In this document: in pieces, positions 19,333-20,946 of the stretch
Layout of the letters: each line of letters opens with the position of its first letter
Position numbering within the stretch: the stretch's first letter is position 1
Virus record (IMG/VR): IMGVR_UViG_3300028886_000047
Length of the DNA: 20,946 bases
Origin: a virus
Lineage: Duplodnaviria > Heunggongvirae > Uroviricota > Caudoviricetes
Reading direction: 5' to 3' (one strand)
Made by a program: the position numbers and the translations under genes
Notes under the pieces: generated by a model
What the model saw: the letters and a program-made list of their open reading frames with translations, nothing else
What the model was told of the DNA's origin: nothing
The model's database searches: none

Positions 19333-20946
19333 ATGGAAGAGAATCAAGAATTATCATATTTTAATTACGGAAATAATCAAATAGAATAGTAGGCAACTCT
19401 TAATGCTTTGGCTAATAATGTACAAAGTTATGTAAATAATTAGGCTTGGAGTACAAAGAGAAAACAAAAGTTTTTGGATGCTTATTCTGATATTATTTCA
19501 AAAGGAATTGTTGGAGCTAATAATTCTACTGGCCAATGGGCTTTAGATTTAAATCAAGAAATTGATTTAAGTGGAATGTCTCCTAAAGACTAGGAAATGT
19601 ATCACGAGGCAGCCTACTATATATTAGAGCAAATGAAAGGTATTCCAGTTAAAGATTCAGAAGAAAAGAAGGAAGAGTCTAAAGATTTGCCATTATATGA
19701 TAACGATACACATTTTAAAGCATTTGAAGGTTATATCAGAAATCAAATGTTTGGTGGAAGAAATTGGAATATTGGTGGAGATAATGATGATTGGAATAGT
19801 TTAGATGAAAGAGATTCCAAAACAGGAATTAGGGGAACTACTAATAGAGCTTTGAAATTAGCTGATATGTTAGAAGGATATTCTAATTCTTTAGAAGATG
19901 GAAAATATAATTTTGAAGGTACTGCATTTAAAAATACAGCAGATTTAAAAGGTAGGATTGCTAACGCAGTTACACAACTTAGAAATGGCACTTGGGATTA
20001 GAATGATAAAGATGCTCTAAATCAAATAGGTCTTGATTGGAGACGATATTTTAATGACGGAAGCGGTGATACAGCAGCTGTAGATGCTAATGGAAATCCT
20101 ATATCTTATGCTCAGTTAGCTACTGCTAATTAGGCATAGGTGGAAGAAGCTGCCAAATCTGAAGCTACTCAAAAAACCACTGCTGCTAAAGAAAATGCTG
20201 GTGTACTTAACATAATGTCTGGATTTAACCCGCGTGAGGCTAGAACTAAGGCTAAAGAATATGCCGAATGGTTAGGACGTACTCATGGAGTTGGACAACA
20301 AGGATTTAATAATGTAAATTAGAGAATACAAGAACTTATAGAAGGAGCATATACTAATAATTTAAATGCCGCCACTAAAAAAGAACTTGGTAATTTATTA
20401 GAGTATATTAAAACAAATAACCCTAATTATCAAAATTATAATCTTACACCAGAAGAAGAGGTTGAGTTATAGGCTCATACGAGTATGAAAGGCAGAAGAC
20501 TTCAAGATTTTAGAAGACTTCCTTGGCAAACTTCTGATGGAAGATATACTTATGCTGATAATAAAGGCAATTTATACTTTTTAAAACCTAGAAACTAGAA
20601 ATAGTTATAGCAAAAACCATTTACAAGAAGTGCTGCTTATAATAATTATAAGAATAGTTTCTTAAAAAGTTAGGTGCAATTAAATAATGAAAAACCTGTT
20701 TTGAGTCAAGATACAGATATTCTTATTTCTGATATGACGTCAATGCTTGGAGATATTGTGTCTTTAGGAGGAGGATATGCAGGAGCAGCTGGAGGTATAA
20801 CTACTTTACTTTCTGACTTATATGGTGATATTAGAAGAGGAAAAGATACATGGTCAACTATTAAAAACTTAGGAGCTAATGTAGCGTGGGGTGCAGCCGG
20901 ACTTATTCCTGGAGCTAAATTAGGTAAATTAGCTAAAAATGCTGCA
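19333..20946 (+). CDS. Large cargo/ejection protein, partial (runs off the 3' end; more than 538 aa, TAG=Gln)
   Basis: Frame open from ATG 19333 to the window end with only TAG interruptions; joins track ORFs 19597 and 20140. Gly-rich hydrophobic segment near the end (SLGGGYAGAAGGITTLL...AWGAAGLIPGAKLGK) resembles the cargo protein at 12574. Confidence 0.7.

Larger units (their letters stand above)
1..20946 (+). other. Crassvirales late/virion gene module using genetic code 15
   Basis: Gene content and order (ring, IHF x2, muzzle, cargo, DUF192, lysozyme), single coding strand, AT-rich starts without Shine-Dalgarno motifs (Bacteroidota-like), and pervasive in-frame TAG. Assignment to the delta group (Suoliviridae) is plausible but not shown. 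Confidence 0.88.

Noticed and set aside
2512-19991. Minus-strand ORFs (2512, 3045, 11580, 14038, 16712, 17480, 18602, 18993, 19743)
   Set aside because: All are antisense shadows of well-supported + strand genes, with F/L/I/S-rich composition typical of reverse-complemented A-rich codons.
757-20322. Many short + strand ORFs of the track as separate genes or pseudogene fragments
   Set aside because: They are in-frame pieces of longer genes broken only at TAG; there are no frameshifts or TAA/TGA inside, so this is recoding rather than decay.
1-20946. Suppressor tRNA (CUA), introns, inteins or a DGR template/RT
   Set aside because: I saw no cloverleaf-like region, splice or intein motifs, RT gene or long near-identical repeat pair; intergenic space is minimal. 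tRNAscan was not run.

Overview
Late (virion) gene region of a crAss-like phage (Crassvirales; host probably Bacteroidota) that uses an alternative genetic code, TAG = Gln (table 15). The supplied ORF track is therefore fragmented. Reading TAG as Gln by hand gives 15 contiguous + strand CDS. The 14 that end inside the window all stop at TAA/TGA, and most are coupled by ATGA/TAATG overlaps. In order: two ring/tail-tubular proteins, two IHF-like proteins, two giant tail genes (1721 and 1645 aa; muzzle/P22 gp10-like), a Gly-rich cargo protein with a C-terminal HExxH domain, a 49-aa overlapping ORF, a cargo-like protein with a duplicated domain, a TAG-free tandem winged-HTH (Rep-like) gene behind an iteron-like repeat array, DUF192, a tail-type lysozyme, a holin-like protein, a small Pro/Ala-rich protein and the start of another large cargo protein. 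The most interesting element is the 16.46-18.85 kb block: iteron-like repeats, then a Rep-like gene readable in the host code, translationally coupled to TAG-interrupted DUF192 and lysis genes. It may be a plasmid-like replicon plus a genetic-code-gated lysis operon. Protein family assignments come from motif recognition only; no database search was run.
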